From a virus (lineage: Duplodnaviria; Heunggongvirae; Uroviricota; Caudoviricetes), in IMG/VR virus record IMGVR_UViG_3300045597_000172: 64,000 nt of DNA; one strand, given 5' to 3'. Below the pieces are notes generated by a model. That model made no database searches. It worked only from the letters and a program-made list of their open reading frames with translations, and was not told where the DNA came from. Positions 1-9,293 of the stretch are shown here, one piece after another; the first letter of the stretch is position 1, and each line of letters begins with the position of its first letter. The translations under genes and the position numbers were made by a program.

Positions 1-40
1 ATCGCATCGAGTAATCCCAATGCGACCTTGTCATAAACTA

Positions 41-562
41 TTAAACAAGCTTAAAGGATTCATCCTGAATCCGTTGTGGAAGATGTTTAAATACAAAATG
101 TTCAAAAGTTTCGTTATTGTGACGATCATAAAACGGAAGTGGCTGATTATCCAACGAAATCGCTATAAACTGTAATACCGCAAAACCGCCAGAAATCGAA
201 ACGTCATAATAAACACGTAAATTAAAAGATTTATAATTCAATTCAACCAAAGAATCATGTACCGCCTTATTAAGATCATTAACAACCCGTGTTTTATCAG
301 TGACACCATGACCATAATTGAAAAAACGAAGATCAAGTTTCAAAATATTACCCTTAAACTGAGAAATAAGTGAATGCGATTTTAGTAATGACTCAATAAT
401 CGCATTTGTCAAAAATAACGACGATCTATCAAACACCTCGCCATTCGACAATTCAATAACCGAGACTTTTAAATTCGTCAAAGCATCAACAACATCAAAC
501 GAACTTCGAGGACCATCATATCCTAGATTAACAGCATCGTTACGTGCATGTAATTCCAACAT
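41..562 (-). CDS. Hypothetical protein, possibly related to the ORFs at 20061 and 20798
   Basis: Last gene of the minus-strand operon. ATG 562 follows GAAAGG (track start 574). YYDVSISGGFAVLQFI resembles YQVSVTHNGFSIF. Confidence 0.7.
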   Translation of the reverse strand: MLELHARNDAVNLGYDGPRSSFDVVDALTNLKVSVIELSNGEVFDRSSLFLTNAIIESLLKSHSLISQFKGNILKLDLRFFNYGHGVTDKTRVVNDLNKAVHDSLVELNYKSFNLRVYYDVSISGGFAVLQFIAISLDNQPLPFYDRHNNETFEHFVFKHLPQRIQDESFKLV

Positions 563-598
563 GAAAAACCACAACCTTTCTTTTGAGCATCATGCCGT

Positions 599-1144
599 TT
601 AATGTTTGAATTCAACGATCCGGCCGTACTTGCAATCATTATAGCCGGACGTCCGTGCGATTTCGTTACGCAATTTCTCAAAGAATTTTTGTTCTAACGG
701 CGTTGCGTCCTCGTTTAACACCCGTGTGTAAACAATCACTTTTGGTTTATAGACACCACCCAATTCAACTTCGTGAGCATACAGGTTGCGAGGAGATAAA
801 CTCCTAATGTTGTCACCATCCAACACGGAAATCTGATGATCACCTACGGCAATATCATCATAACTAACCCCTTCGTCAAAATGCGAAACCTTGTCTAGTA
901 ATTCGCGTTGGCGTGGAATCAACATTACCGTGATATACATCAAAAAGAATACCACTACCACAAAAAACAAAATCCACATCAAACTTACAATAATTAACGA
1001 AGCCGAACGAAAGTTCAACACTCGTGACAATCCCACTGACAAAAAGATACATAACAAAGCCAATAAACATTCAGTCATAGCAATCGCGGAACTGTGAACA
1101 TATATCCACATTCTAAATTTAGGAAACTTCATTTTAAAAACCAC
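599..1144 (-). CDS. Membrane protein with two N-terminal TM helices
   Basis: 181 aa, hydrophobic N-terminal half, SD-like AAAGG upstream. Confidence 0.7.
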   Translation of the reverse strand: MVFKMKFPKFRMWIYVHSSAIAMTECLLALLCIFLSVGLSRVLNFRSASLIIVSLMWILFFVVVVFFLMYITVMLIPRQRELLDKVSHFDEGVSYDDIAVGDHQISVLDGDNIRSLSPRNLYAHEVELGGVYKPKVIVYTRVLNEDATPLEQKFFEKLRNEIARTSGYNDCKYGRIVEFKH

Positions 1145-1147
1145 CTT

Positions 1148-1585
1148 TTAGTATTTTTTATCGTCGAACAATAACGACAACCCCATCAAACCCAATTCAA
1201 AATTATAAGTCAGAAATAATCCAACAATGCCAAGCCAAACATAATAAACCATTGACGATAATGCACTTGGATAATGAATCAAGATCTGCATCATAACAGT
1301 CAAGATAGACGTTAATCCGGCACTCACGAAAACTTGTAGAATCACGTACAAGAAATTCTTAGCGTTACTAACTGCATCTCGTTTGAATAAATACAATTTG
1401 CCAATCAGAAAAACAAAGAGTAACGAACCACCTGAAAGCCAAACAAACGACTTCAACACATAATCAAGACCTGCTAGATTAAAGTACGTTAAGCCTACAA
1501 ACAAATTCAAATATGCAGCAATTAAAACCAAACCTGAACAAACTAACCAAGGTGAAATTTTCCAAAAAACGTTATATCGAATCAT
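1148..1585 (-). CDS. Four-TM membrane protein
   Basis: 145 aa hydrophobic ORF, tightly packed in the operon. Confidence 0.7.
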   Translation of the reverse strand: MIRYNVFWKISPWLVCSGLVLIAAYLNLFVGLTYFNLAGLDYVLKSFVWLSGGSLLFVFLIGKLYLFKRDAVSNAKNFLYVILQVFVSAGLTSILTVMMQILIHYPSALSSMVYYVWLGIVGLFLTYNFELGLMGLSLLFDDKKY

Positions 1586-1614
1586 CTAAAAATCCTTTCG
1601 CTTGTGATAATTTT

Positions 1615-2994
1615 TTACCAGCCGCCAGAACCACCGCCACCATCGAATCCGCCGCCTCCGCCACCGAAGTCGGAACTGCTGTACGAATCTGAACTATCGT
1701 AACTGCTCGATGAATCATAATCATCATGTTCTGAAAAATTATCCGCCAGCATACTGAAGACCATCATGTTAAACAACATGTTATTCGTTGAATAATCGTC
1801 ATAATCTTGATAACTGGCATGACGTAAAAAGTTACTGTCACGCATTTCAGCTAGTTGCTCCGTAACTTCTCGTTTAGAAACATCCAGACCCTTTTCTTTA
1901 TTAAGTCGTTTTGTCACTTCATCAGGATCAAGACTGTCGACATACGTCTTAAACTCACGGTTAGCAACTTCTTGGCGTTCTTTCCAAAAATTCAGATCAT
2001 CTGTATACTTTTCCAAAACAAATTTCGGTGAATTTAATACTGAATTACCAATTGGATGTTCGTTTTTCGGATCTTCATGTGACAACGTACGCGAAACCTC
2101 AAACAATTGTGAAATTTCATTTTCAGCATCTTCAAACGACTGATCGGTCGAATCTGCATACGAATACGTATTTACGGTTCGATAATAATTTGACGGTTCA
2201 GTACAATCATCAAAATCAGTGTACGACCATAATTCATTCAACCGTTTTTCAACCGTCGCACGATTAGTATGCCATTGGATATACAACTCAGGAAGATGCT
2301 TTTCTTTAAATGCATCAAATCGACTTTTTGCTAACCGGAATTTTCGATAAGAAATAAACGTAAGCATCAAACCTGTCACCACCATGATGCCGATCACAAT
2401 TCCTAAAAAGCCCATAAATGATTTGAACAGATTATGTTGTTCAGTTTTAAAGGCCGCTAATTGATCAGCCGATGCCTGTTTCACAGACGAAGCATACGCC
2501 GAATCATACAATAACCGTAACTGTTTCGTAGCATTTTGTGCCATCAATAAAATACCGGCATTATAATCATTATCTTGCATATCTTCTTTAACATCATCAG
2601 TTAAGATTTTGTCAATATCACCGTTTGGCATTTTATCATCAAGTCCACTCCCAGTTGCAACCCGGACTTTATGATCGTTGATTGCTACGTATATCAACAC
2701 GCCGTTATTGTACTGCGAATTTCCAAAGTGATACTTTTCAAATTGTGCATTTGCCGCTTGCTCAACTGACTTACCGTGTAATGACTTTACCGTCATCACA
2801 ACTAATTGCGGATTCTGTTTTAACTTTTGTAACTGCGTAGTGTTTAAATCCGAAATCTTTTGCTGAGTCTGCGACGATAAAACGTTAGCATCGTCTTTGA
2901 CATAGCCATTATCCGCATGCACCGTCACTGGAATGACTAACATCATCAACAATGCTAAAACCGGAACGCAGCACAATTTAAAATACTTTTTCAA
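1615..2994 (-). CDS. TPM (DUF477/YgcG-like) domain membrane protein
   Basis: Signal peptide, YVKDDANVLS...NGVLIYVAINDHKVRVATGSGL motif, TM helix, Gly-rich tail GGGGGGFDGGGGSGGW. Confidence 0.85.
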   Translation of the reverse strand: MKKYFKLCCVPVLALLMMLVIPVTVHADNGYVKDDANVLSSQTQQKISDLNTTQLQKLKQNPQLVVMTVKSLHGKSVEQAANAQFEKYHFGNSQYNNGVLIYVAINDHKVRVATGSGLDDKMPNGDIDKILTDDVKEDMQDNDYNAGILLMAQNATKQLRLLYDSAYASSVKQASADQLAAFKTEQHNLFKSFMGFLGIVIGIMVVTGLMLTFISYRKFRLAKSRFDAFKEKHLPELYIQWHTNRATVEKRLNELWSYTDFDDCTEPSNYYRTVNTYSYADSTDQSFEDAENEISQLFEVSRTLSHEDPKNEHPIGNSVLNSPKFVLEKYTDDLNFWKERQEVANREFKTYVDSLDPDEVTKRLNKEKGLDVSKREVTEQLAEMRDSNFLRHASYQDYDDYSTNNMLFNMMVFSMLADNFSEHDDYDSSSSYDSSDSYSSSDFGGGGGGFDGGGGSGGW

Positions 2995-3033
2995 AATCGA
3001 TAAAACATCTTCTTTCTCATCTTTATCAATAAC

Positions 3034-3444
3034 TTAGAAAAAACCCCGCCACGTCGGTAACACGATATAAACAACTAATAATAACGAAAATAAAAATGCC
3101 CCGATAAATATCGAAACAAAAGTATTGAATAACAAGGCAATTGCTGTAATCAGACAAGCAACACCTAAAATCCCGGCCATGATTAAAATCATCAACGGAG
3201 AATTTTCCGGTAAATATGACTTGCATGCACGATTAGGTTTACGATCAAAAATTTTGATAATCACCATCGAAACAAAAAACATCAATAATAACACCATCGA
3301 GAAAAATAAAATGAAATCACGGTAAGAATCATCCTGTTTGACAATCTGCATTACCATCATCATGATAATTTCAAATCCCAACCAAAAGCCAAGTCCTTTT
3401 AAACGCTTAACAACCCCTTTACGCTTAAAATCCCATGTGATCAT
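3034..3444 (-). CDS. Four-TM membrane protein
   Basis: 136 aa hydrophobic ORF with AAAGGGGA SD. Confidence 0.7.
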   Translation of the reverse strand: MITWDFKRKGVVKRLKGLGFWLGFEIIMMMVMQIVKQDDSYRDFILFFSMVLLLMFFVSMVIIKIFDRKPNRACKSYLPENSPLMILIMAGILGVACLITAIALLFNTFVSIFIGAFLFSLLLVVYIVLPTWRGFF

Positions 3445-3462
3445 CTAACGCATCCCCCTTTT

Positions 3463-3837
3463 TTAATCATCATCTGAACACAATGCCTTAAACTCAAACG
3501 GAACCTTTTTTTGAATAACTAACTGTTCGGCCGCCAAGACAAAATACAAACTAACCGTTAGACCCATTGTCGGCAAAATTTCAGTCAACTTGTCTTTAAC
3601 GTCCGCCGGAATACGAAATGAAGTCATGACTTTCTTTTCTTTTGACGACTGACGTAATTTTTTGACAGGCTTAAATTCAAACGGTACGCGTTTTTGTGCA
3701 ATTAACTGTTTTGCCGCCATTGAAAAATACGAACCCAACCCAAGTCCCATTGTTGGTAAAAGATCTACCAACTGCTGCTTAATTGAAATCGGAATCCGAA
3801 TCGTCACCATAATTTTTGAATCATTAGTATTACTCAT
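3463..3837 (-). CDS. Tandem ribbon-helix-helix (RelB/DinJ-like) DNA-binding protein
   Basis: Two internal copies of (V/F)RIP..(I/V)K..L..(L/I)LPTMGL...YF..AA.QL..QK.VPFEFK. Confidence 0.7.
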   Translation of the reverse strand: MSNTNDSKIMVTIRIPISIKQQLVDLLPTMGLGLGSYFSMAAKQLIAQKRVPFEFKPVKKLRQSSKEKKVMTSFRIPADVKDKLTEILPTMGLTVSLYFVLAAEQLVIQKKVPFEFKALCSDDD

Positions 3838-3910
3838 TGAAAATCACCAAAACCTTTCTCAGATTTATCATAATTATAATCAAAGCAAATCGATTAATAT
3901 CCATATATAA

Positions 3911-3941
3911 AGTATATCACTTGTATTTCATTTTGCAATAC
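3911..3941 (-). promoter_or_regulatory. Shared promoter/operator, copy 1
   Basis: Minus strand TTGCAA-16-TATACT with TGn extension and GTATT/AATAC inverted repeat. Confidence 0.8.
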
Positions 3942-3973
3942 AAAATAAAAAAGCCATGCATCGCATGACTTGC

Positions 3974-4507
3974 CTATTTAAAATCTTTGAAATCAACAAC
4001 CTCGACAATTTGCTGTGCGGAACTAATTTCCAATCCAACCCCGATATACTGTGCCAATTCAGACTCGCTAATATTAACGTTGTGGTTTTGATTAATCCAG
4101 TTATGAACCCGTTCAAAAACCTGCTTAGCAGAATCAGCATTAACAATCGTGACAACCGAATAACCAATCAAGATCAATTTAAGTACGTCAAACGCTTCAC
4201 GACCTTTCAACTGATCCAAAACTACATATTTCGGATTATAGCGTGTCGCCATTTTTAACAACACCTCGACACTGACATCCGATGAATGATGTAACGTTAT
4301 AATATCGTGATCAGTATAAATCTTTTGCAAATCCTCATCTGGATTTTCCGTAATCGATACAATTCGGGAATCCGTTGGTAACTCTGAAATCAATTGATCA
4401 CGTAGTACAAAACAATCACTTGGATTTTTACTGAACATTATTAAACTCGGATACGTTTTAAAAACTTCAACCAAATTCTTATTATTAAATACCAACACTT
4501 TTATCAC
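3974..4507 (-). CDS. Degenerate VirB11/CpaF-like secretion ATPase domain
   Basis: LPTDSRIVSITEN and YNPKYVVLDQLKGREA...TIVNADSA follow the VirB11/CpaF pattern, but there is no Walker A GxGKT. Confidence 0.55.
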   Translation of the reverse strand: MIKVLVFNNKNLVEVFKTYPSLIMFSKNPSDCFVLRDQLISELPTDSRIVSITENPDEDLQKIYTDHDIITLHHSSDVSVEVLLKMATRYNPKYVVLDQLKGREAFDVLKLILIGYSVVTIVNADSAKQVFERVHNWINQNHNVNISESELAQYIGVGLEISSAQQIVEVVDFKDFK

Positions 4508-4530
4508 TCCTTAGTTAATCTTCGTGACTA

Positions 4531-4561
4531 AGTATATCATTTGTATTTCGTTTTGCAATAC
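4531..4561 (-). promoter_or_regulatory. Shared promoter/operator, copy 2
   Basis: AGTATATCATTTGTATTTCGTTTTGCAATAC, near-identical to copy 1. Confidence 0.8.
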
Positions 4562-4666
4562 AAAAAATACTTAAAAATAAAGAAATAGTAAAATTAGAAA
4601 ATGCTGGTATACTAAAGAAGTCATTTAAACATGACGAACAAAATAAAAAAACGGGGAGTCTTCAAT

Positions 4667-5308
4667 ATGGAGAATATTAAGGAACGATCACCACTTGGGC
4701 GTTTCAAAAAAGCATTTGTCTATGCAACACTCGCAACTGGCTTACTAGCTGGCTTATCTGCACCGTTACTAGCTCATGCTGATACAACAAGCGCAACGAC
4801 AAACGCAACGGTTACAATTAATCCGGGGCCAATCAGTCTTAGCGCAAATCAAAGCAGTACCGCAATTAGTGCCGCAAAAAATCTTGATGGTAGCGGGAAT
4901 ACCGGTTACGCAAACTCTGCTGATGCCGGAACATTAAACCTAACGGATGCTCGTGGTAGTGGTGCTGGTTATACGGTTACTGCTAAAGCAAGTCCGTTAA
5001 CTCAAGGCAAACATGCTCTGAGCGGCAGCAACTTGAACTTGAACAACCTATCGATTGAAAAAGTTGATAGCACATCAGGGGATGTACCAACCAGTACCGT
5101 TAACGGTACAACTGCCATTGATAACAACGCCAGCAACACCCTTGTTAATCAAAAAGCAGATACTGAAAATGGTTCCGGAATGGGATCATACAAAGTAAAT
5201 CTCAACAAGTTAAACTTTGCCGGCAGCATTCCAGCCAACGCTTATACTGGTACTTACAGTACAACTGTTACGTATACCGTTGGTAACGGACCCGAAAACG
5301 CTCAATAA
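4667..5308 (+). CDS. WxL domain surface protein (CscB-like)
   Basis: Signal peptide, LNLTDARGSGAGYTVTA and IPANAYTGTYSTTVTYTV motifs. ATG 4667 follows GGGGAG. Confidence 0.85.
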   Translation: MENIKERSPLGRFKKAFVYATLATGLLAGLSAPLLAHADTTSATTNATVTINPGPISLSANQSSTAISAAKNLDGSGNTGYANSADAGTLNLTDARGSGAGYTVTAKASPLTQGKHALSGSNLNLNNLSIEKVDSTSGDVPTSTVNGTTAIDNNASNTLVNQKADTENGSGMGSYKVNLNKLNFAGSIPANAYTGTYSTTVTYTVGNGPENAQ

Positions 5309-5328
5309 AAAATGAGAGGACAAATCGC

Positions 5329-6408
5329 ATGAAGATAAAATTTATGCGGAATTTGAAATTACTCAAAAAAACACTCGGCGTAATCGCAATTGTTGGTGGA
5401 ATATTAACATCAGGTCTAATGCAAACAGCCCATGCCGATAACAACGACATGGGTTTTTCTGTTCAACCAACTTCAGAAAATTACTCGAAAATTGGTTATT
5501 TCAAATTTACCGCAAAACCAAATCAAACTGAAACACTAAACGTCACGATCACTAATACGACTAATGCCAATCAAAATATTAATGTTGGCATTCAAAATGC
5601 ACTTTCGTCACCCGCAGGCAACACCCAGTACACGACCAAAACAAAAATCAAAAATGCGGCATTAACTAACCAAAATTATGCCATGAAAAAATACGTTACC
5701 GGTCCAACTGAGATTCAATTAAAGCCTCAAGAACAAAAACAGGTTTCATATACCGTCAAATTACCAGATCAATCCAAAGTTTCAACGGGTTCATTACTAG
5801 GTGGTTTGTCATTTGAAAACGCAGCAACTCCTAAAACAGCAACCAAGAAAAGTCCAGTTACCGTTTATACTAAAGTTGCCCGTCTAATCAGTATCGAAGC
5901 TGATTATGATCAAACAAAAAGCAATCTTAAAATTGATCAGCCGTCGATCAGTACAAACCCATCGACGCCCCTGATATTATTACCGATTCAAAATAAAAGT
6001 GTTGCGATTGCCCGTAAAATGCAACTTAATTATACGGTCAAAGACGCCAACCAAAAAACAGTCTTTACTCATACAACTAACCAAAATCAAAGCACCATCA
6101 TGGCACCAGCTACAAAAATCAATTATATGATTCCATGGCAAAATAAAACATTTAAACCCGGAAAATACACAATTGATGTTAATCTCAAAACTAAAGATCA
6201 GAATATTCAAAAGTCCTACACGTTTATTGTTAAAAACAAAAACGTTAAAGACTACGCTAAAGAATCCAAAACGAAACCAATCGTTAAAAACCATACGAAC
6301 ATCTGGTTGATTATTAGTCTTGTTGGTATCATTGTTATCTTGCTAGTTTTACTATTCCGTAAAAAGAAACATGAAAAAAACGATGACAAACCAAAACCTC
6401 ATAAATAA
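5329..6408 (+). CDS. WxL-interacting protein (DUF916/DUF3324, CscA-like)
   Basis: Signal peptide, FSVQP...GYFKF, IQLKPQEQKQVSYTVKLP, C-terminal TM plus basic tail, adjacent to the WxL gene. Confidence 0.85.
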   Translation: MKIKFMRNLKLLKKTLGVIAIVGGILTSGLMQTAHADNNDMGFSVQPTSENYSKIGYFKFTAKPNQTETLNVTITNTTNANQNINVGIQNALSSPAGNTQYTTKTKIKNAALTNQNYAMKKYVTGPTEIQLKPQEQKQVSYTVKLPDQSKVSTGSLLGGLSFENAATPKTATKKSPVTVYTKVARLISIEADYDQTKSNLKIDQPSISTNPSTPLILLPIQNKSVAIARKMQLNYTVKDANQKTVFTHTTNQNQSTIMAPATKINYMIPWQNKTFKPGKYTIDVNLKTKDQNIQKSYTFIVKNKNVKDYAKESKTKPIVKNHTNIWLIISLVGIIVILLVLLFRKKKHEKNDDKPKPHK

Positions 6409-6417
6409 AACAAAAAT

Positions 6418-6442
6418 GACTCGCTTAACGTGAGTCTTTTTT
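6418..6442 (+). terminator. Intrinsic terminator
   Basis: GACTC...GAGTC hairpin plus T6. Confidence 0.7.
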
Positions 6443-6447
6443 AATAC

Positions 6448-6588
6448 AAAAAAATCCTCACTGTAAACAGTGAGGACTCTCAGAGATCGTGATTTAAGTT
6501 GCTTGCGACGTACCATCTTGGCTAATCGGTTCAACACCGGTGTACACAAGCCCAACATCACAACCCACATCACCGACTAATGATCCCT
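6448..6588 (-). ncRNA. Candidate ~140-nt rod-shaped sRNA
   Basis: TTGTAG-17-TAATAT promoter (6624-6596), long irregular hairpin, terminator 6448-6476. Confidence 0.5.
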
Positions 6589-6672
6589 GAACAAAATATT
6601 ACACTAAGATCTGCAAAACTACAAGTCTTTATTTAACTATTTCAATCCACGCAACCCGTAAAGGTTATGACT

Positions 6673-9150
6673 TTATTTAACCGACCATTTAATTTGGGTT
6701 GTATACGTTCCAGCATACGCATTTGCCGGCACTTTAACTTGATACGTTGAACCATCGTTTAATTGCAACTTAGACGTTGCACTTGAGTTCGTATCATCAT
6801 CCGAAACAATTACATTATCATCGTTAACTGGTGTCGGTGCAGAAGCCAACCATAAAACGGTATGATTATTTGTATTACTAGAATCCGTCAAATACTTATA
6901 GTGATCCGCTCCAATAACGCCATTTGATTGTGCCGATAACGTATAAGTTTTGCCCTGTTCAAGATGTGCCGTTACTTGACTGTAATACGTATAGTTATCA
7001 ACTGAATTAGGATCATTTTTATTAAGTGAAGAACTGTCCGGTGTAAAAGGACCATCACTGTTTTGCAATAAATTCGTAGTCGAACCTTGCTCCGTCAAAC
7101 GAACATTACTTACTGAATATCGTTGATCTTTCACGTAAGAATTAACACGCAGATACCAAGTTCCGGTATTATGCGTCCACGTAAACGTCGTTGGCTTGTT
7201 TTGATAGACTGATACGGCACTCGCATCGTCGCTCAGAGGCTGATAATCGTTGCCTAACAAATTATGGAGATTGCCACCGGAATATGCAGGTGCTTTCATC
7301 GAAAGTGCGTTAGACAGCTTGTGAGTGCCATTTGATAAAGCCGGTGCCGAAACCGACAAAAGCCAACCTGAACCAGAACTATTACCAACTAACCAATCAG
7401 AACTAGCTGCATTAATCGCCTGTTGGGTACCATTTAACGCAACCGAGTCCGAAAACGAAGCTGTTTGTGACTGTGCTTGATCGGCAACTTGGGTCTTATC
7501 GGCATTCTGAACAAACGTTTCCGGATAAATATTAGCAACCGTGATTGATTTTGTTGCCGTATTTCCAGCTTTATCCTTCGCATTAAACGCATACGTACCG
7601 TTTTTATCAACTTGATACGTAACACTATTGCCACTATGCCACGTACCGTCAGGTGTTTGAATCGAATCAATTCCACTATCAGCATCCGTTGCCGTAACCG
7701 TTAATTTCTCAGAACTATGCGTTACGGTCTGCAAATCATCACTATTATTTAACACCGGTGATGTGCCGTCGATAAAATAACTTGAACTTCCGGATACGTT
7801 ATTATTGCCATCAATTGCAGCAACATGTAAATAATAGTTTTGATTACTCTGCGGTAACGTTAATGCCTGACCATTCGAAACTTCTGGATCAGAGGCAGGA
7901 TTAACCGTTCCGTTTTTGTTATTATCAAACCGATAAACATACTTTTTAACCCCAGTCTTACATTCAATCGAAAAGACGTTCGATTTAACGACACTGTTGT
8001 CATTCAAGTTCGTACCAAGCACCTGATATGAGTATTTATTACCGTGATCCTCACTTGTCAAATTACTAAGTGTCACGGTATGTTTTCCAGCATCATACGA
8101 AGTATTCATCGTTGGTGTATCCGGAGCCGAAACATCTTGACTTGTATGTGTCGTAAAGTTGGTTGCACTTGTAACCTGACCTAAATAAAATAAGGTATTT
8201 GCAATCAGTTTTTGTTCATCAGATGTCGCTTGTCCATTTGAATGACCAGTCTGAATCATCGCAATATTGTTAAGAGCACTGAGATACCACTCATTAGTTG
8301 TTGTTGAAGTTTCTTGACCACCCGACGGTTCATGCGCTCCGGGTACCCATGTATTGCTATTAAATTTCATCCACACATTATTAATATTACTAATTTGTCC
8401 ATAGGAATGAGTCATCGGAATATTTAAAATTGTACCAACTGGACCCAAATTCCATGGATAATTAGTTAAAAATCCATTTTTACTAATGACAATTTTATTA
8501 TCACCATACGTTGGAGTTTTTCCTGATATTTGTAATTTCAAATAATCTTGTCCCAACGCTGCAAAATTTGGATGCTGAAAATATAACGATGCCGTATCAT
8601 GTCCAAGTAAAACCCCACGACCTGTTCCTAAATAAGATTTGACAGATGATAATGCAGCAGCACTAATATCACCGTTCGAACTCCATGTACCATTTGCATC
8701 AGCAAACCCGAAAGCTATGACATCATATTTATATTTTCCATTATCTTTTAGATACGAATCAGGATCAGAATTAAACTGTCCCAATGTTGTCACATCAACA
8801 CTGATTTTACCTTTACCATATCCAGTTGATTCAATCCAAGTTTTCAATGATGAATATTGCGTTGCACTTGTAGACCATGGTGAAATGTTTAAGACTTTGA
8901 TCGAATCTTTTGTTCCAATAGTTGATATTTTATTGGTATTCAAATCCGTTTGCTGTAATTGATACGAATAGTCAGCATTATTAGTATTATTGCTCAATGA
9001 CCATGATAAGTTAGCCGACAAGTCTGCATTTTGTGAGCCTGACAAAGTAATATCCGTCGCGTGCGCCATAGCTGGAAACGAAAATAACAAAAGCAAACTC
9101 CAAAAAAATCCAATCACCCAATACCGCCACTTAAAATAACTATGTTTCAC
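6673..9150 (-). CDS. Large secreted surface protein with Ig-like repeat and C-terminal WxL-like domain (CscC-like)
   Basis: Signal peptide, DUF5057-like segment (DVIAFGFAD, GVLLGHD, MIQTGHS), C-terminal VKVPANAYAGTYTTQIKWSV. Confidence 0.75.
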   Translation of the reverse strand: MKHSYFKWRYWVIGFFWSLLLLFSFPAMAHATDITLSGSQNADLSANLSWSLSNNTNNADYSYQLQQTDLNTNKISTIGTKDSIKVLNISPWSTSATQYSSLKTWIESTGYGKGKISVDVTTLGQFNSDPDSYLKDNGKYKYDVIAFGFADANGTWSSNGDISAAALSSVKSYLGTGRGVLLGHDTASLYFQHPNFAALGQDYLKLQISGKTPTYGDNKIVISKNGFLTNYPWNLGPVGTILNIPMTHSYGQISNINNVWMKFNSNTWVPGAHEPSGGQETSTTTNEWYLSALNNIAMIQTGHSNGQATSDEQKLIANTLFYLGQVTSATNFTTHTSQDVSAPDTPTMNTSYDAGKHTVTLSNLTSEDHGNKYSYQVLGTNLNDNSVVKSNVFSIECKTGVKKYVYRFDNNKNGTVNPASDPEVSNGQALTLPQSNQNYYLHVAAIDGNNNVSGSSSYFIDGTSPVLNNSDDLQTVTHSSEKLTVTATDADSGIDSIQTPDGTWHSGNSVTYQVDKNGTYAFNAKDKAGNTATKSITVANIYPETFVQNADKTQVADQAQSQTASFSDSVALNGTQQAINAASSDWLVGNSSGSGWLLSVSAPALSNGTHKLSNALSMKAPAYSGGNLHNLLGNDYQPLSDDASAVSVYQNKPTTFTWTHNTGTWYLRVNSYVKDQRYSVSNVRLTEQGSTTNLLQNSDGPFTPDSSSLNKNDPNSVDNYTYYSQVTAHLEQGKTYTLSAQSNGVIGADHYKYLTDSSNTNNHTVLWLASAPTPVNDDNVIVSDDDTNSSATSKLQLNDGSTYQVKVPANAYAGTYTTQIKWSVK

Positions 9151-9293
9151 GCACGATTCCCCCTTTTTTATATCTCAAATCACTCCAATATTACACAGTT
9201 TAGTCAGTTACATTGAAATTATACCACCCTTTAGCTAAATCTTAGCTATAAAATAAAACACCACGATTACCGTGATGTTTTAAAATCGCTATT

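Noticed and set aside
3463-3837. RelBE/DinJ-YafQ toxin-antitoxin pair
   Set aside because: No adjacent RelE/YafQ-like toxin. The neighbours are a membrane protein and the pseudo-ATPase.
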